Below, one piece after another: positions 36,241 through 37,871 of a DNA stretch of 37,871 bases. Under the pieces are notes generated by a model that was given only the letters and a program-made list of their open reading frames with translations, did not search any database and had not been told where the DNA came from. Origin of the DNA: a virus (lineage: Duplodnaviria > Caudoviricetes). How positions within the stretch are numbered: the first letter of the stretch is position 1; each line of letters opens with the position of its first letter. The stretch spans positions 1 to 37,871 of the IMG/VR virus record IMGVR_UViG_3300007735_000693, one strand, 5' to 3'. The position numbers and the translations under genes were made by a program.

Positions 36241-36487
36241 TTTTCTCTCCTTTTAGTTGACGATATGCTTCAATAACTGCCTTGACATTTTCTCGGTCAA
36301 TACTATCAAAGTCTTTTATGTTTTTATAGTATCGCTTAACTGCCCGTTCAACTTCCCACAAATAATACGATTTATTCCGACTGCAATAATATGGAAAGTC
36401 TCGGTAGAAAAAGAAAACATAGTCAACAAAGTCATCAAACTTAAAACCTAATTTATGCCCATTACTTGCATTTAAAACATTCATCAT
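36233..36487 (-). CDS. Hypothetical early protein
   Basis: Start MMNVL after AAGGAG; FDSIDRE.V motif. Confidence 0.7.
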   Translation of the reverse strand: MMNVLNASNGHKLGFKFDDFVDYVFFFYRDFPYYCSRNKSYYLWEVERAVKRYYKNIKDFDSIDRENVKAVIEAYRQLKGEKNV

Positions 36488-36494
36488 ATACTCC

Positions 36495-36686
36495 TTAAAA
36501 GTCTGCTGTATGTTTATACTCACTAACACCATTCACTTCGGCAAGATGAACCGATACTTGCCATGCTTTCTTTTTAGGCACTTGTAAATCTTTGAGTGCC
36601 TTTTGTTTAGCTGACCAAACATCATCAGCATAAATCTCATACTTCTCACCAAGATATAACGCTATGTATCCGTTCATGTTATGCAC
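36495..36686 (-). CDS. Hypothetical early protein
   Basis: GYIA.Y.G...EI.A.....A motif. Confidence 0.7.
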   Translation of the reverse strand: MHNMNGYIALYLGEKYEIYADDVWSAKQKALKDLQVPKKKAWQVSVHLAEVNGVSEYKHTADF

Positions 36687-36909
36687 CTACTGCTTGGTTA
36701 TGAAACGCATAATCACTCTCGGTTCTAACTTCAACATAGTCAAAACCAAATCGTTTGCAATTTTTAATGTGCCATTCGGTAGGCTTAATGAAATCTTCAT
36801 AAGGCAAACTTAATGACAACATATGACCTGTAAAATAACCATATCTGCCAGACTGCGTTACATTGAGAGAAACCTTTTGGTTTTCCCAAACACCTTTGCT
36901 ATTAAACAT
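36679..36909 (-). CDS. First early gene, hypothetical
   Basis: Start MFNSK after GGAGAGAG, downstream of the promoter. Confidence 0.65.
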   Translation of the reverse strand: MFNSKGVWENQKVSLNVTQSGRYGYFTGHMLSLSLPYEDFIKPTEWHIKNCKRFGFDYVEVRTESDYAFHNQAVGA

Positions 36910-36936
36910 AATGCTCTCTCCAAAAGTTAAATAAAT

Positions 36937-36967
36937 AGACAAGGTATCAAAAATGATACTTTGTCCC
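36937..36967. promoter_or_regulatory. Palindromic element, copy 4
   Basis: AGACAAGGTATCA-AAAA-TGATACTTTGTCCC. Confidence 0.75.
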
Positions 36968-37005
36968 AACAAATGACGCATACACTTTCCTACGCATCAA
37001 TATAT

Positions 37006-37034
37006 ATTATACCTTAATTGGTGGACAATGTCAA
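37006..37034 (-). promoter_or_regulatory. Consensus sigma70 early promoter
   Basis: Minus strand TTGACA-N17-TATAAT. Confidence 0.9.
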
Positions 37035-37214
37035 TTCTATGTCCGAATTAGTTTTGGTTAACTTCGTTAACTTTGTGGATTGGTTTCAAGGGAAGGTTGG
37101 TTTCAACAAAATTTTTTAGCTCACCGACTGGACGAACGAACGGTCATGTGAAATTTTTGTCCCTGCTCTTCGTAGGGTTTTGTCTCTGTATTTTTGAGTG
37201 TCGTGTTATAATAT

Positions 37215-37639
37215 TAAGTGCTTGATTTTATTGAGAAAGTTGAGTTGACTTTGTTAACTTTGTGGGTATATTATAACAAGGTAAGTGCTTGATTTATAAG
37301 TAAAATAACAAGGGTATTTACAATGTCCAGACCAAAATAACAGGTTAAGTCATTGATTTTTCAGTAATAATACAATATAACACGAAAAACGGCATTGCGT
37401 GGTCTGGGGAAAAGGGCAGAGAAAAATAAAAAATTGATAGCCACAAAGTTAAAAAAGTAAAAACAAAATTTTCTGGCGAGGTAATTTTTAAAAAGTCGTG
37501 TTATATTGTATTTTTATATTAAGTTATTGATTTATATATATATTTTATTTTTAGCGTTTGCAAAGTTGACAATCGTAAGTCATTGATTTTTCAGTAATAT
37601 AACACTGGTCAAAAAATAGGCAATCGTAAGTCATTGATT
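37215..37639 (-). promoter_or_regulatory. Cluster of six IHF-consensus sites
   Basis: TAAGTNNTTGATT (reverse complement fits WATCAANNNNTTR) at 37215, 37282, 37346, 37520, 37576, 37627. Confidence 0.65.
37369..37512. repeat. 17-bp perfect inverted repeat
   Basis: AATACAATATAACACGA (37369-37385) / TCGTGTTATATTGTATT (37496-37512). Confidence 0.85.
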
Positions 37640-37655
37640 TTTCAGTAATATAACA
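37570..37655 (+). repeat. 35-bp perfect direct repeat, two copies, period 51
   Basis: CAATCGTAAGTCATTGATTTTTCAGTAATATAACA at 37570 and 37621; partial third copy at 37346. Confidence 0.9.
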
Positions 37656-37826
37656 GGGCTTGTTATAATACACCATATGCGTGTTATTTATTGTCACAAA
37701 AGTGTCACAATTAAAACACAGAGAAAGATGTAGCCACGAAGTTAACTTTGTTATAAGTCCCCCTCACCTACTTTAAGATACTACGGTCATCAAAATTTTT
37801 TGTCCCCAAAAAATGATGACAAAAAA

Positions 37827-37859
37827 AAGACAAAGTATCAATGAGTGATACTTTGTCTT
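37827..37859. promoter_or_regulatory. Palindromic element, copy 5 (perfect 14-bp arms)
   Basis: AAGACAAAGTATCA-ATGAG-TGATACTTTGTCTT. Confidence 0.75.
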
Positions 37860-37871
37860 AAATAAAAAAAA

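Noticed and set aside
184-36451. Shadow ORFs in the track (e.g. 184-519, 378-686, 8885-9181, 18107-18457, 22051-22338, 31773-32096)
   Set aside because: Nested in or antisense to well-supported genes, with no recognisable motifs
37570-37655. CRISPR mini-array (35-bp repeats)
   Set aside because: Only two full copies with a 16-nt gap, too short for a spacer; the repeat is built around an IHF-like site; no cas operon
1-37871. tRNA genes, integrase, alternative genetic code
   Set aside because: No cloverleaf or recombinase motifs seen by eye; long ORFs are intact under code 11 and all three stops are used

Overview
Partial genome of an AT-rich, short-tailed (podovirus-like) dsDNA phage with two convergent arms. 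The + strand (1-13799) is late/virion: the end of a GH24-type lysozyme, a P22 gp10-like tail/nozzle protein, three ejection-type proteins with a GNAT gene among them, and a 2090-aa polyvalent protein (ART-like + HExxH metallopeptidase + LPD38-like). The - strand (13794-36909) carries replication genes (primase-helicase, SSB, SNF2 helicase, Cas4-like nuclease, PolA with Leu at position 762, VRR-NUC, two HNHs) and early genes (MoxR AAA+/metallopeptidase-VWA module, TraR/DksA-like Zn fingers, SleB-like hydrolase, many small ORFs). About 820 bp of repeat-dense non-coding DNA closes the window. Best leads: (1) recurring [FY]AxGG motifs that cut the ejection proteins into modules, one of which looks like a beta-barrel ending in Y-N-F; (2) a pseudoknot/antiterminator/terminator RNA switch between an HNH gene and the helicase; (3) a repeated 111-bp promoter+palindrome cassette with a five-copy palindrome; (4) six co-oriented IHF-consensus sites at the right end. 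All family assignments are by motif recognition, not database search.
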